Below the pieces are notes generated by a model. The model ran no database searches and had not been told where the DNA came from. It saw only the letters and a program-made list of their open reading frames with translations. From Candidatus Tayloriibacteriota bacterium (lineage in GTDB: Bacteria > Patescibacteriota > Minisyncoccia > Phycocordibacterales > SIBU01), in contig JACPHR010000018.1 of the NCBI GenBank assembly GCA_016188455.1, positions 5,079 through 69,078 of the forward strand: DNA of 64,000 nt, read 5' to 3'. The position numbers were made by a program, and so were the translations under genes. Below are positions 26,567-35,621 of the stretch, one piece after another (position 1 is the first letter of the stretch; each line of letters starts with the position of its first letter).

Positions 26567-27358
26567 ATGCAAAAGAAGCAATTACATTTCAACCGGAGCA
26601 TTTTTTTGGATTCTTCCAAGGTGAGCGAGATAGAGAAGTGGAACGGCACGGGAGTGATTGACGGCGTGACCACCAATCAGAGCATCATGCTCAAAGACGG
26701 TTTGACGCTGACACAATTGAAGCCGACTATCAAAGCCATTTGCAAAATAATGAAGGGCAAGCCGGTATCAATAGAGTTGACCGACAGCAAAGCCACAGTG
26801 GCGGAAATGGTGAGCGAAGCGAAAAAATACAGAGCGCTGGCGGCCAACGTCGTCATTAAGGTGCCCATGATACCGGGAGACGTAAAAAGTTTGGTGGTGA
26901 TTAAAAAACTTTGCGAGCTGAAAATAGCCGTCAACGTAACCGCCATGATGACTTTTGAGCAGTTGGTGGCCGCCTCTCTGGCCGTCAAGGACAACCCCTC
27001 TCCTTCTTTCGTCAGCTTGTTTTGGGCGAGAAGCATTGAAGACCACGAGCGATACAGAGGGGTGGAAGCGTTCGTTAAGAGCCATGAAATGATGGGGCCC
27101 GAATCTAAAGTTAACACTCATCCGGCAAAAATTGTCGCAGCCATCGGAGAGTTTCTGCAATCCGGCGGTTACGACAACCCGAAACTGATAGTGGGCAGCA
27201 TTAGAAACGTGTCGCAAGTGGGCGAAGCCATAGCCGCCGGCGGCAACATCCTTACGGTACAGCCGGCTATTTTGGAAGCCATGCTCTATAGCCAGCGCAC
27301 CGTTGAGACTAACGCCGATTTTGACAAGTCCTGGGTGGCCTTAAAACAACGCTCTTAA
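26567..27358 (+). CDS. Transaldolase-family protein (LmbR-like)
   Basis: IFLDS, GVTTNQS, VVIKVP (Schiff-base Lys), VNVT, GSIR. Confidence 0.85.
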   Translation: MQKKQLHFNRSIFLDSSKVSEIEKWNGTGVIDGVTTNQSIMLKDGLTLTQLKPTIKAICKIMKGKPVSIELTDSKATVAEMVSEAKKYRALAANVVIKVPMIPGDVKSLVVIKKLCELKIAVNVTAMMTFEQLVAASLAVKDNPSPSFVSLFWARSIEDHERYRGVEAFVKSHEMMGPESKVNTHPAKIVAAIGEFLQSGGYDNPKLIVGSIRNVSQVGEAIAAGGNILTVQPAILEAMLYSQRTVETNADFDKSWVALKQRS

Positions 27359-27364
27359 CCCGAC

Positions 27365-28213
27365 ATGAGTGATTTTAGCGGCAAATGCGTCATAGTCACC
27401 GGCGGTTCGCGCGGCATCGGCAAGGCGATAGCCGAAGAATTTTTCGGGCTGGGCGCCCGAGTTTTAATTTGCGCCAGGGGTCGCGAGGAACTGGAAGCCG
27501 CCTGTAAAGAAATAGACCCAAAGGGTAAAAAGTTTTTTGGGATAAAAGCGGATGTTTCAAAGATTGCTGATTGCCAGAAAGTAATAAATTTTGCCCTTAA
27601 AAAATTCGGCACGATTGATGTTTTAGTGAATAACGCCGGCGCTTACGGCGAAATCGGCGCGTTGGAAAAAGTTGACCTTGAAAATTGGGCAAAGACTTTA
27701 GCAGTCAATCTTTTGGGAACGGTTTACTGCACCAAACTGGCGATTGCCGTCATGAAAAAAGCCCGAGCCGGCAAAATTATTAATTTTGCCGGCGGGGGAA
27801 TCGGCGGCAAAAAACCTCTGCCGAATTTTTCCGCCTATTACACCTCAAAAATGGCCATCGCCGGCTTTACGGAAACCGTTGCCGCCGAAGTCGCAGAATG
27901 GGGCATACAAATTAATTGCGTATCGCCCGGGGCGGTCAATACCGGCATTACCGACTGCTTGATAGCCCAAGGGCCGGAAAAAGCGGGAGAGGAAATGTAC
28001 CGGCAATCGCTCCGGCAAAAAAAGACCGGCGGCACGCCGCCCAAGATGACCGTGGACCTTATCAGTTTTTTATGTTCCGAAGAAGCTGACCAAATTACCG
28101 GCAGGTTGCTCTCCGCCAAATGGGACAGGATTGAAGTTTTGAAAAAATTGGAAAAGGAAGGGGACCTGTTCAAATTAAGAAGAATTGACAATGACTTATT
28201 CCGCGCCAAGTAA
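27365..28213 (+). CDS. SDR-family oxidoreductase
   Basis: TGGSRGIG, NNAG, YYTSK, PG. Confidence 0.88.
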   Translation: MSDFSGKCVIVTGGSRGIGKAIAEEFFGLGARVLICARGREELEAACKEIDPKGKKFFGIKADVSKIADCQKVINFALKKFGTIDVLVNNAGAYGEIGALEKVDLENWAKTLAVNLLGTVYCTKLAIAVMKKARAGKIINFAGGGIGGKKPLPNFSAYYTSKMAIAGFTETVAAEVAEWGIQINCVSPGAVNTGITDCLIAQGPEKAGEEMYRQSLRQKKTGGTPPKMTVDLISFLCSEEADQITGRLLSAKWDRIEVLKKLEKEGDLFKLRRIDNDLFRAK

Positions 28214-29594
28214 AACCACACACCTTGGCCCTCACACCCGACATACATTTGGTGGTGCGGGGGCAAGGAAGAGTAGAAACCAGCGCGGAGCGCGGGGTAT
28301 TCATGCAAGGTGTGAGGGTAAAAATATCGCCGTAGTCGGCTTGTGGCATTTGGGCTCCGTCTATGCGGCGTCCCTGGCCAAAATGGGCTTTAACGTCTGG
28401 GGTTTTGATTTTGACAAAAAAACGGCGGCCAATCTGAAAAAAGGCATCCCGCCGATTTTTGAACCGGGGCTTGAAGAAACGATAAAAAAACACCTCAATA
28501 AAAATCTTTTTTTCTCGGCCTCGGAAAAAACACTCAAAAACAAAGATTACATTTTCATAACCCACGATTTGGAAGTGGACGCGGACGACTCGGTGAAAAC
28601 GGCCGTACTGGAAAAAACTTTCTCCGTGATTTTAAATTCGGCGGGCGACTCGGTCATTGTGATTTCCAGCCAAGCGCCCGTCGGTACGTCAAGAATTTTG
28701 GTGAATTTACTGAAAAAGCGGGGGATTGAAAATCCCCAAGTCGTTTGCTTTCCCGAGAATTTAAGATTAGGTACGGCTCTCGCTTCTTTTTTAAATCCGG
28801 ACAGGATAATTTTAGGTTCGGACAACGGGGAAGTTTTAAGGCAATTTCAAAATGATTTTAAATTTGGTTGTCCGGTAATCGCCATGGGCCTGGAAAGCGC
28901 CGAAATGGCCAAACACGGCTTGAACGTTTACTTGGCCACCTGCATTTCTTTCGCCAGCGAGCTGTCCGACTTGGCGGAAAAGACCGGCGCCAACATGGCG
29001 GACGTGGTCAAGGCTCTGAAGCTGGAGAAGCGGGTCAGTCCCCACGCTCCCATAAATCCGGGCTTGGGTTTCGCGGGCGGTACGCTCGGGAGAGATGTTC
29101 AATCTTTGAGAAAAGTAGCCAAAGGTCATAACTATGAACCCAAACTTTTAAACGCCGTTTATGCCGTTAACCGAGACAGGTTGCCGGCGCTCGTTTCAAA
29201 AATCAAATCCGTTTACCCGTCTTTAAAAGGCAAAACCGTCGGTATTTTGGGCTTGACTTATAAGCCGAATACCAATACCTTGAGAAGGTCCAACTCTTTG
29301 GAGCTGGCCGCCATGCTGAAAGAAAAAGGCTGCCGATTAAAAGCCTTTGACCCGGCGATTAAAAACATGATTACCGGCGCCCCTTACGTTGAAATCTGCA
29401 AGAATCTTGGAGCTTTTTTTAGAGACCTTGACGCGATAATTTTGATGACCGACTGGCCGGAATTTTTGGCGATGGACTTGGAGAGATTGCCGCTCTTGAT
29501 GCACAATAAAATTATCATAGACACTAAAAATTTTCTGACGTCTTCCGAATACAAAAAGCGCGGTTTTACTTATTTGGGAATGGGAATCAATTAA
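28191..29594 (+). CDS. UDP-glucose/GDP-mannose dehydrogenase-like protein (LmbL-like) with a 36-aa in-frame insertion
   Basis: GLWHLG, PIFEPGL, PENLR, SAEMAKH, GGTLGRD (Thr where active enzymes have Cys), GLTYKPNT; start ATG 28191. Confidence 0.82.
   Translation: MTYSAPSKTTHLGPHTRHTFGGAGARKSRNQRGARGIHARCEGKNIAVVGLWHLGSVYAASLAKMGFNVWGFDFDKKTAANLKKGIPPIFEPGLEETIKKHLNKNLFFSASEKTLKNKDYIFITHDLEVDADDSVKTAVLEKTFSVILNSAGDSVIVISSQAPVGTSRILVNLLKKRGIENPQVVCFPENLRLGTALASFLNPDRIILGSDNGEVLRQFQNDFKFGCPVIAMGLESAEMAKHGLNVYLATCISFASELSDLAEKTGANMADVVKALKLEKRVSPHAPINPGLGFAGGTLGRDVQSLRKVAKGHNYEPKLLNAVYAVNRDRLPALVSKIKSVYPSLKGKTVGILGLTYKPNTNTLRRSNSLELAAMLKEKGCRLKAFDPAIKNMITGAPYVEICKNLGAFFRDLDAIILMTDWPEFLAMDLERLPLLMHNKIIIDTKNFLTSSEYKKRGFTYLGMGIN
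28216..28317. mobile_element. Composite palindromic element (family H plus nested CCCCACACC-type insert), in frame
   Basis: GTAAAA repeated at 28210 and 28318 (108 bp apart); removing 28228-28263 restores CACACCTTGCA/TGCAAGGTGTG ends. Confidence 0.8.
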
Positions 29595-29605
29595 TAACAT
29601 GACCT

Positions 29606-29710
29606 TGAATTACAAAACTCATTGCTCCAAGAAACCTCTCCCGCTTGCCTAACTCCGGACAAGGCGCGCGGGAGGGGTTTCTCTCCGCGGATAATGAGTT
29701 TCGTAATTCA
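29606..29710. mobile_element. Family-A palindromic element (105 bp)
   Basis: TGAATTACAAAACTCATT..AATGAGTTTCGTAATTCA; inner AGAAACCTCTCCCGC stem. Confidence 0.88.
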
Positions 29711-29717
29711 CAGTAAT

Positions 29718-30686
29718 ATGGACATCGCCATTATAGGAGCGGGTTTAATAGGAAAGAAAAGAGCCCGAGCTTTGCCCAAAGGAGTGCGTTTGCGCGCGGT
29801 TTGCGATATTGACCGAGAGAGAGCCCTGAAATTTTCCGAAGAGTTTCAGTGCGACAGCGAAACCAATTGGCGAAAAACGGTAGCCGACCCTCTCATAGAG
29901 GCGGTGATAATTGCCACTCCCAACAAGCATTTGTCGGTAATTGCCGCGGCCGCCATTGCCCGCGGCAAGCACGTGCTCGTGGAAAAACCGGGGGCTAAAA
30001 ATTTGAAAGAACTGCAAAAAATTATCGCGGCCTATTGCCAAAGAAAAGTCGTCGTCATGTTCGGTTATAACCATCGCTATCATGCCGCCATTGAAAAGGC
30101 CAAAAAAATCGTTGATTCCAAAAAGTACGGCAAGGTTTTGTTTATCAGAGCCAAGTACGGCCATGGCGGGAGATTGGGCTACGAAAAAGAATGGCGATTC
30201 AACGAAGATTTGGCGGGCGGCGGGGAATTGCTTGACCAGGGGACGCACTTGATTGACTTGGTCAATTTTTTCTGCGGGGCGTTAAATTACCACTCCAGTT
30301 ATCTGGGCACTCTTTTTTGGCGGACAAAATTAGAGGATTCATCCTTTGTTATTCTCAAGGGCGATAAAACGGCGGCCAATTTATCGGCCACTTGCGTTGA
30401 ATGGAAGAACCTTTTTTGTTTTGAAATAATGCTTGAGAGTGCCAAGATTCAGATTGACGGTTTGGGCAGAAGCTACGGAACGGAAAAGTTGACTCTGTAC
30501 GTCATGAGTCCTGAAATGGGACCGCCGAAAGTCACGGAATTTAATTTTCCGGGCGAGGACCTTTCGTGGAAAAAGGAAAATGAAGTTTTTTTCAAAAGAA
30601 TACGCTCCCGCGATTTTTCCGAACAGGCCCTGCGGGACGCTCAATACGTTTTAAGCATTATCAGTAAAACTTACGCAAAAAAATGA
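29718..30686 (+). CDS. Gfo/Idh/MocA oxidoreductase (LmbZ-like)
   Basis: IIGAGLIG, ATPN, HVLVEKPG, GYNHRY, GGGELLDQGTHLID; start reset to 29718. Confidence 0.88.
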   Translation: MDIAIIGAGLIGKKRARALPKGVRLRAVCDIDRERALKFSEEFQCDSETNWRKTVADPLIEAVIIATPNKHLSVIAAAAIARGKHVLVEKPGAKNLKELQKIIAAYCQRKVVVMFGYNHRYHAAIEKAKKIVDSKKYGKVLFIRAKYGHGGRLGYEKEWRFNEDLAGGGELLDQGTHLIDLVNFFCGALNYHSSYLGTLFWRTKLEDSSFVILKGDKTAANLSATCVEWKNLFCFEIMLESAKIQIDGLGRSYGTEKLTLYVMSPEMGPPKVTEFNFPGEDLSWKKENEVFFKRIRSRDFSEQALRDAQYVLSIISKTYAKK

Positions 30687-31627
30687 AGTATTTGATAACA
30701 GGCGGGGCGGGCTTTATCGGTTCGCACATAGTGGACTGCGTTCTTAAAAACGGGGACAGAGTTGTTGTCTATGATAATTTTTCAACCGGCAAAGAATTAT
30801 TCGTGGCACACAATTTAAGCAACAAAAACTTCAAGTTGACGGAAGGCGATGTGTTGGACACCAAAAAGTTAACCTCAGCGATGAAGGGCGCGGATTTTGT
30901 TTTCCACATGGCCGGGCACGCTGATGTCAGAGGGGGGTTTGATGATCACAGTGTTGATCACATCCAAAATTTGGAGGCGACCCAGTCCGTGTTGGAAGCC
31001 ATGCAAAAAACCGGCGTCACCAAAATAGCCTTCCCTTCTACCTCTTCGGTCTACGGAGACGCCACGGTTCATCCCACCCCGGAGGATTACCCTTTTGAAC
31101 CGACTTCACTTTACGGCGCCACCAAAGCCGCGGCTGAAAATTATATACGGGCCTACGCCAGTTATTACGATTGGCAAGCGTACATTTTTCGCTTCGTGTC
31201 TTTTGTCGGCGAAAGATACACCCATGGCATTATTTTTGACGTTTTGAAAAAGCTCAAAAAAAATCCGAAAGTGCTGGAGCTTCTCTCCGACGGCACTCCC
31301 AAGAAATCGTCGGTCTATGTGGCGGATGGAGTAGAAGCCATATTTAAGGTAATTGGTTCAACCCGCGACCGAGTTAATATTTTTAACATCGGCCATCAAG
31401 ACATTCTTACCGTTGATGAAATCGTTGACACCATTTTGGCGGCCGCCGGCGTTGAAATCAGGAAAAAATATCTCGGTGGCGAAAGAGGTTGGAAGGGCGA
31501 CAACAGTTTCGTTTATCTTGACGGCCGTAAGCTGAAAAAATTGGGTTGGGAGCAGAAATATAGCTTTCAAGAAGGCATCAGAAAAACAGTGGCGTATTTG
31601 AAAAATAATCCGGACCTTTTAGATTAG
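30683..31627 (+). CDS. NAD-dependent epimerase (GalE/LmbM-like)
   Basis: GGAGFIGSH, STSSVYG, YGATK, GWKGD. Confidence 0.88.
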   Translation: MKYLITGGAGFIGSHIVDCVLKNGDRVVVYDNFSTGKELFVAHNLSNKNFKLTEGDVLDTKKLTSAMKGADFVFHMAGHADVRGGFDDHSVDHIQNLEATQSVLEAMQKTGVTKIAFPSTSSVYGDATVHPTPEDYPFEPTSLYGATKAAAENYIRAYASYYDWQAYIFRFVSFVGERYTHGIIFDVLKKLKKNPKVLELLSDGTPKKSSVYVADGVEAIFKVIGSTRDRVNIFNIGHQDILTVDEIVDTILAAAGVEIRKKYLGGERGWKGDNSFVYLDGRKLKKLGWEQKYSFQEGIRKTVAYLKNNPDLLD

Positions 31628-31671
31628 TCCTTCCGCCTCTCAGGATACTCTGGATACTCTGAAAATCTCCT

Positions 31672-31709
31672 TGTTACCTAACTCAAGCGTACGCTTGAGT
31701 TAGGTAACA
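31672..31709. repeat. 38-bp perfect palindrome (family E)
   Basis: TGTTACCTAACTCAAGCGTACGCTTGAGTTAGGTAACA; identical copy at 43031-43068. Confidence 0.92.
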
Positions 31710-31784
31710 TAGGTGACAGGTGACCGGTGACAGATGTTTTCGCGACACAGTCAGTGTTTATGATTGACGGCTTTGTTGGTATAT

Positions 31785-31820
31785 AAAAACGCCCTAGGCA
31801 AACCAGTTGCTAAGGGCGTT
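31785..31820 (-). terminator. Intrinsic terminator
   Basis: AACGCCCT/AGGGCGTT stem plus U-tract. Confidence 0.6.
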
Positions 31821-31840
31821 GTGATGAAGCAGGTCGCGGC

Positions 31841-32599
31841 TTAGGCGCCGTCCCGCCATTCAAGATACTTCAGTACCTCATCTGTGGCAAGTAAGTGGAC
31901 TGACGAGCACTGTTTGGCATAATGCGGGATTTTACGCAGACTCTCAAGAAGGGTCCCGTTCCGTAAGGCGGTTTTCAGAAACATCAATCCGTCCGCCCCA
32001 AGCCGCATCAGCTTGCTCTGTCGCTGATATCGTTTGATGCGACGCAGTTCCTCCACAATAAGGTCCTGGCGTGTAGCCATAAGAATCCCCTGAGAGTGCA
32101 GGACTTTTTGGTCCCAAGGCAACGTTGAACCGACCTGATTGTAAACTCGTAGGGTCGTGTTCTGCAGAAGCCTTATCGCGGTTACCATGGAGATGAATGC
32201 TCGGAGCTGGTGAAAAGGGGCAGCGACAATGATGAGCTTTCCCCACCCTTGGTCGTGGGCGTATTTCGCCAAGGCCTTGGCTTCCGAAAAAGTGTGCCCC
32301 AGTTCCAGACAAGGGATGCCGGTGATTTGAGAGGCGCGCACACCGCCTTCAGACAAGTGCTTTTTCCATACCCCGATTCCCTCATAGCCCTTGTTTTTTT
32401 CACCTTGAGCGTCATGTAGCAGAAGCCTTGAGACCACATTATCACGCAAAAGCTCTGCACCTCTCTCAAGCACGGAGTGTTTATTATCCGCTGTCTGGCC
32501 AAAGAGGTATGCCGCGGGAGCACGGTGAATCGTATCCGTCAGCACCATCGTTGCGAGCTGAAGCAGTTTTTCCGCCTCCGTAGGTTGAGTTTGAAGCAC
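31841..32599 (-). CDS. DUF218/YdcF-like protein (stand-alone cassette)
   Basis: HTFSEA, LIIVAAPFHQLRAF; AAGGAGG SD; TTGACA-16-TATAAT at 32665-32638. Confidence 0.7.
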   Translation of the reverse strand: MLQTQPTEAEKLLQLATMVLTDTIHRAPAAYLFGQTADNKHSVLERGAELLRDNVVSRLLLHDAQGEKNKGYEGIGVWKKHLSEGGVRASQITGIPCLELGHTFSEAKALAKYAHDQGWGKLIIVAAPFHQLRAFISMVTAIRLLQNTTLRVYNQVGSTLPWDQKVLHSQGILMATRQDLIVEELRRIKRYQRQSKLMRLGADGLMFLKTALRNGTLLESLRKIPHYAKQCSSVHLLATDEVLKYLEWRDGA

Positions 32600-32707
32600 A
32601 AGGCCTCCTTTTTGTTATGGGTTTTTGATCTGACGCAATTATACCTATATTCTATAATCTGTCAATCTCACAAGAGGCGATTCGGATTGGAGCTTTGGGC
32701 TAAGTCA

Positions 32708-33727
32708 TCAATTCATTTTGAGCAGGCACTTGATGAAAAATTTCAAGAGTGCGGGCCACTCTTCTTTTTTATTGAGGCATTTTGAAAGGGGAGAAGACCA
32801 GAATTTTTTCCAGCCGTAGAATCCGACCCGCGCGTTGGTCTGAAGGGTCGTTAGAAACCTCTCCGCCATCACTTCATTGAAGGTTTTTACGTCATACCTG
32901 TTGGTTTTACGATTGGCTTCAATCAGTTTCAGAAGCCACAGTTCGCGTCTGTCCATAAATTTTTTCACTTCTTCAGCCGTGCCGACAAAAGTGTAGCTCG
33001 CTCTGTGCAAGGCTAGTGCTTCCGCGTCAGCCCGCACACCCAGACCTTCAAGCTGGGAGAGTATAACCTGATTGACGGCCTGGCGCAGTAAAGCGCTTTT
33101 TCTGGTGGTGGTGTTTTCATTGTGGGCGCGGTATTTCAGGAGGATTTTCCGAAGGTTTTTCGCTTTCCATGTTTTGAGCATTCGCACCCACAAAGCGTAA
33201 TCTTCAGAAGTGCCTTCAATGTAGCCTTCCGGCGGAACGGCTTTTTTTCTGATTAGCAGGGAAGACTGGGCGAAACAGTTGCCGAAAAGCAGACGGATGG
33301 GAATTTTTTCGCTTGGAATTTCCTCTTGCCACCGAGCGCCGGTGGCTTTGCCGGTTTCGTCAATGACGGAGACGCCTCCCCCGACCAGGCCGAAATCCGG
33401 ATTTTTTTCCAGAAAAGCCACCTCCAGTTTCAGGCGGTCTTTGAGGGCGATATCGTCAGAGTCCAAAGGGGCGATGAATTCGCCGCGACTGGCTTCAAGT
33501 CCGTGATTGCGCGATTCCACAATGGTAGTTTTCTTATCGCTCTGCAAAAGCACGATACGGGTGTCGGCAAAAGACCTGATAATCTCCAAACTTTTATCGG
33601 TTGAGCCGTCGTTTATGATGAGCAGTTCAAAGTCCGTGAAGCTTTGGTTCAGAACGCTTTGAATGGCCAGCCGAAGGTATTTTTCGCTGTTATAGACGGG
33701 CATAATGACGCTTACACGCGGGTTCAT
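32708..33727 (-). CDS. GT2 glycosyltransferase
   Basis: VSVIMPVYN, INDGSTD, LDSDD, SEDY. Confidence 0.9.
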   Translation of the reverse strand: MNPRVSVIMPVYNSEKYLRLAIQSVLNQSFTDFELLIINDGSTDKSLEIIRSFADTRIVLLQSDKKTTIVESRNHGLEASRGEFIAPLDSDDIALKDRLKLEVAFLEKNPDFGLVGGGVSVIDETGKATGARWQEEIPSEKIPIRLLFGNCFAQSSLLIRKKAVPPEGYIEGTSEDYALWVRMLKTWKAKNLRKILLKYRAHNENTTTRKSALLRQAVNQVILSQLEGLGVRADAEALALHRASYTFVGTAEEVKKFMDRRELWLLKLIEANRKTNRYDVKTFNEVMAERFLTTLQTNARVGFYGWKKFWSSPLSKCLNKKEEWPALLKFFIKCLLKMN

Positions 33728-34587
33728 AAAGTTTGTAAAGTTATAAAGTTTGGTGACAGGAGGCCGGTTTTTCTAGAAAGATCCACGAACCATTTCTTGG
33801 GCGCGATGACTATTTTCCGCGGGTTTTGGTTGAGCCAAGCGCCCCACCAGCTCATAGTGGAGTTGGCGATGATGTTGTGCCGGCACCGGCTCATCAGCGC
33901 CAATTCTTCACAGTCGCCGATTGCCGGTCGGGAAACAAAAGTGACCGCGTAGTCTTTCGGAAAATGTTCCTTCGCCCAAAGGATGTCGTCCGATGATACG
34001 AAAAAGCGGGCATCGGGAAAGTTTTCAAGAATTTTTTCGCAGGCGGCCTTGTAATAGGCGAGCGGCAAAACTCCGTGGCGGTCGGTGATTTTTTTTATGG
34101 CAACATAGTCGCCGCGGCGGATATGGAGGCTCGTGCCGTTCGGTTCGCGCGCCATTCGCGCCGCCATCTTTTCCGCCTCGCGGCCGAAAGGGTTTTTCAA
34201 AGTGAAGTTCTCCCGGACTTTTTTTTCATAACCTTTGAAGTACCGCTCGTCCTGCCAATGGCCGTCAAAATAGCCGTCATCGCGCTTTAAGATTTCCGGG
34301 TCAAAGGCGAAAGATTTTTCCAGAACCGTTTTCTTTTTTAAGTCCGGCCGAAAACGGTCCAGCATTTTTTGAAGAGTGCCGCGATAGGCGCGGATTTCAT
34401 CCGCGCTCGCCTCAGGGGCGGCGACGTTGAGTCCGTCGAGCAGGAAGGAACGACGGCTTTGATTGGGGGAGCGGAGGTAGGAAGAGTCAATTTTGAGTGG
34501 CGCATTGTGCCGCAATGAAAGCCCGCACCCGAGGGCGTATTGGAACATTTGATTGCCGAGGCCGCCTTGTAATTTAACGATAATCAT
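33724..34587 (-). CDS. GT11 alpha-1,2-fucosyltransferase
   Basis: GGLGNQMFQYA, GHWQ, HIRRGDY, SDD, IANSTMSWWGAWL. Confidence 0.92.
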   Translation of the reverse strand: MIIVKLQGGLGNQMFQYALGCGLSLRHNAPLKIDSSYLRSPNQSRRSFLLDGLNVAAPEASADEIRAYRGTLQKMLDRFRPDLKKKTVLEKSFAFDPEILKRDDGYFDGHWQDERYFKGYEKKVRENFTLKNPFGREAEKMAARMAREPNGTSLHIRRGDYVAIKKITDRHGVLPLAYYKAACEKILENFPDARFFVSSDDILWAKEHFPKDYAVTFVSRPAIGDCEELALMSRCRHNIIANSTMSWWGAWLNQNPRKIVIAPKKWFVDLSRKTGLLSPNFITLQTL

Positions 34588-34635
34588 GGCAGATATTATA
34601 ACCCAAGGCTGGTTCCTATGTTGTATCTCAAAAAT

Positions 34636-34666
34636 AAAAGGCTTGCTCCGTGAGAAGCAAGCCTTT
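34636..34666 (-). terminator. Intrinsic terminator
   Basis: AAAGGCTTGCT/AGCAAGCCTTT. Confidence 0.7.
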
Positions 34667-34671
34667 GCGCG

Positions 34672-35199
34672 TTAAACCTTAAGGAACTTTTTTACCATCG
34701 CCACTAGGGTGCGGTGGTGAGGGATGGTGTGTCGAGGGAGGTTATTGATGGGGAAGAATTTACCCCCTTCAAGAGCCTCGCCCCTGTATTCCACCATGTA
34801 AAGGTGGGCCAGTTCGTGCCCGCGTCGGCAGTGGTTCCGGCCATCGCCTTTGAGCAGGTCGCGAACACCGACGAAATGCAACTTGCCGAAGTCCTTGCCT
34901 TCGCAGAACACTTCGCTTTTGAGGAGGCGCCTGTAGGCCTCAGCCGTGGTTTCGTTTTGCCGGATAATCGTGCCCGGCTCGTTCCACATGTTCGGCCAGA
35001 ACTTGTCTTTTGGCCCTCGATTAGTCATGAAGACTTCCCAGTCGGTATGCGACAATCGCACAACGGCGAGCTCAAAGGCGACATGGGGCAGGTTCTCCAC
35101 CCAGCCGTCAAATGCCGGCCGAGGTAGAGGAAATTTGGCTTTCGCCAGGAGCTTTCCGAGGAGCACAGCCTCGGATTCCAAAAGACCTTTCTTTTTCAT
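34672..35199 (-). CDS. NUDIX-fold protein (GDP-mannose hydrolase-like, degenerate box)
   Basis: WNEPGTIIRQNETTAEAYRRLLKSEV; own promoter TTGACA-17-TAACCT at 35282-35254. Confidence 0.6.
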   Translation of the reverse strand: MKKKGLLESEAVLLGKLLAKAKFPLPRPAFDGWVENLPHVAFELAVVRLSHTDWEVFMTNRGPKDKFWPNMWNEPGTIIRQNETTAEAYRRLLKSEVFCEGKDFGKLHFVGVRDLLKGDGRNHCRRGHELAHLYMVEYRGEALEGGKFFPINNLPRHTIPHHRTLVAMVKKFLKV

Positions 35200-35324
35200 G
35201 ATTCTCTTTCTGTGCAGGGTTGAGGTTGAATTGCTGTAACTGACTCTTACAAAAGGTTAGCACGGATTAAGAAAATTGTCAAATAATCGTATCATGACCT
35301 TCACAACACCCAAGGAGTAAAATT

Positions 35325-35459
35325 ATGCATATGTACACAACCAATCCACACATCGCAAAGATCTGCAGGGACGCGGTAAATCTCGTTAAGTATCTAGGCT
35401 AGTCGATCCGCAAAGCCGCCAGATATTTCGGAGTGTACTAAAGCGCGGCGTTGCGTTAG
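35325..35459 (+). pseudogene. Remnant of an IS481-like transposase N-terminal HTH
   Basis: AAGGAG then MHMYTTNPHIAKICRDAVNLVKYLG*SIRKAARYFGVY*SAALR*; three in-frame stops. Confidence 0.6.
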
Positions 35460-35502
35460 TGTGAAAGAGATATCACTGGGAGATTTCTCATGTTCCCAGG
35501 TA

Positions 35503-35542
35503 CACACATTAACTTTGTACTATAGTACAAAGTTAATGTGTG
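35503..35542. repeat. 40-bp perfect palindrome
   Basis: CACACATTAACTTTGTACTA|TAGTACAAAGTTAATGTGTG. Confidence 0.92.
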
Positions 35543-35621
35543 GTCGGGCGGAAAATTTTTTAAGTACGCCAGTACACGCGAAATTATGTGGTAAGAGATA
35601 TATCTGCTGAAATGATATATA

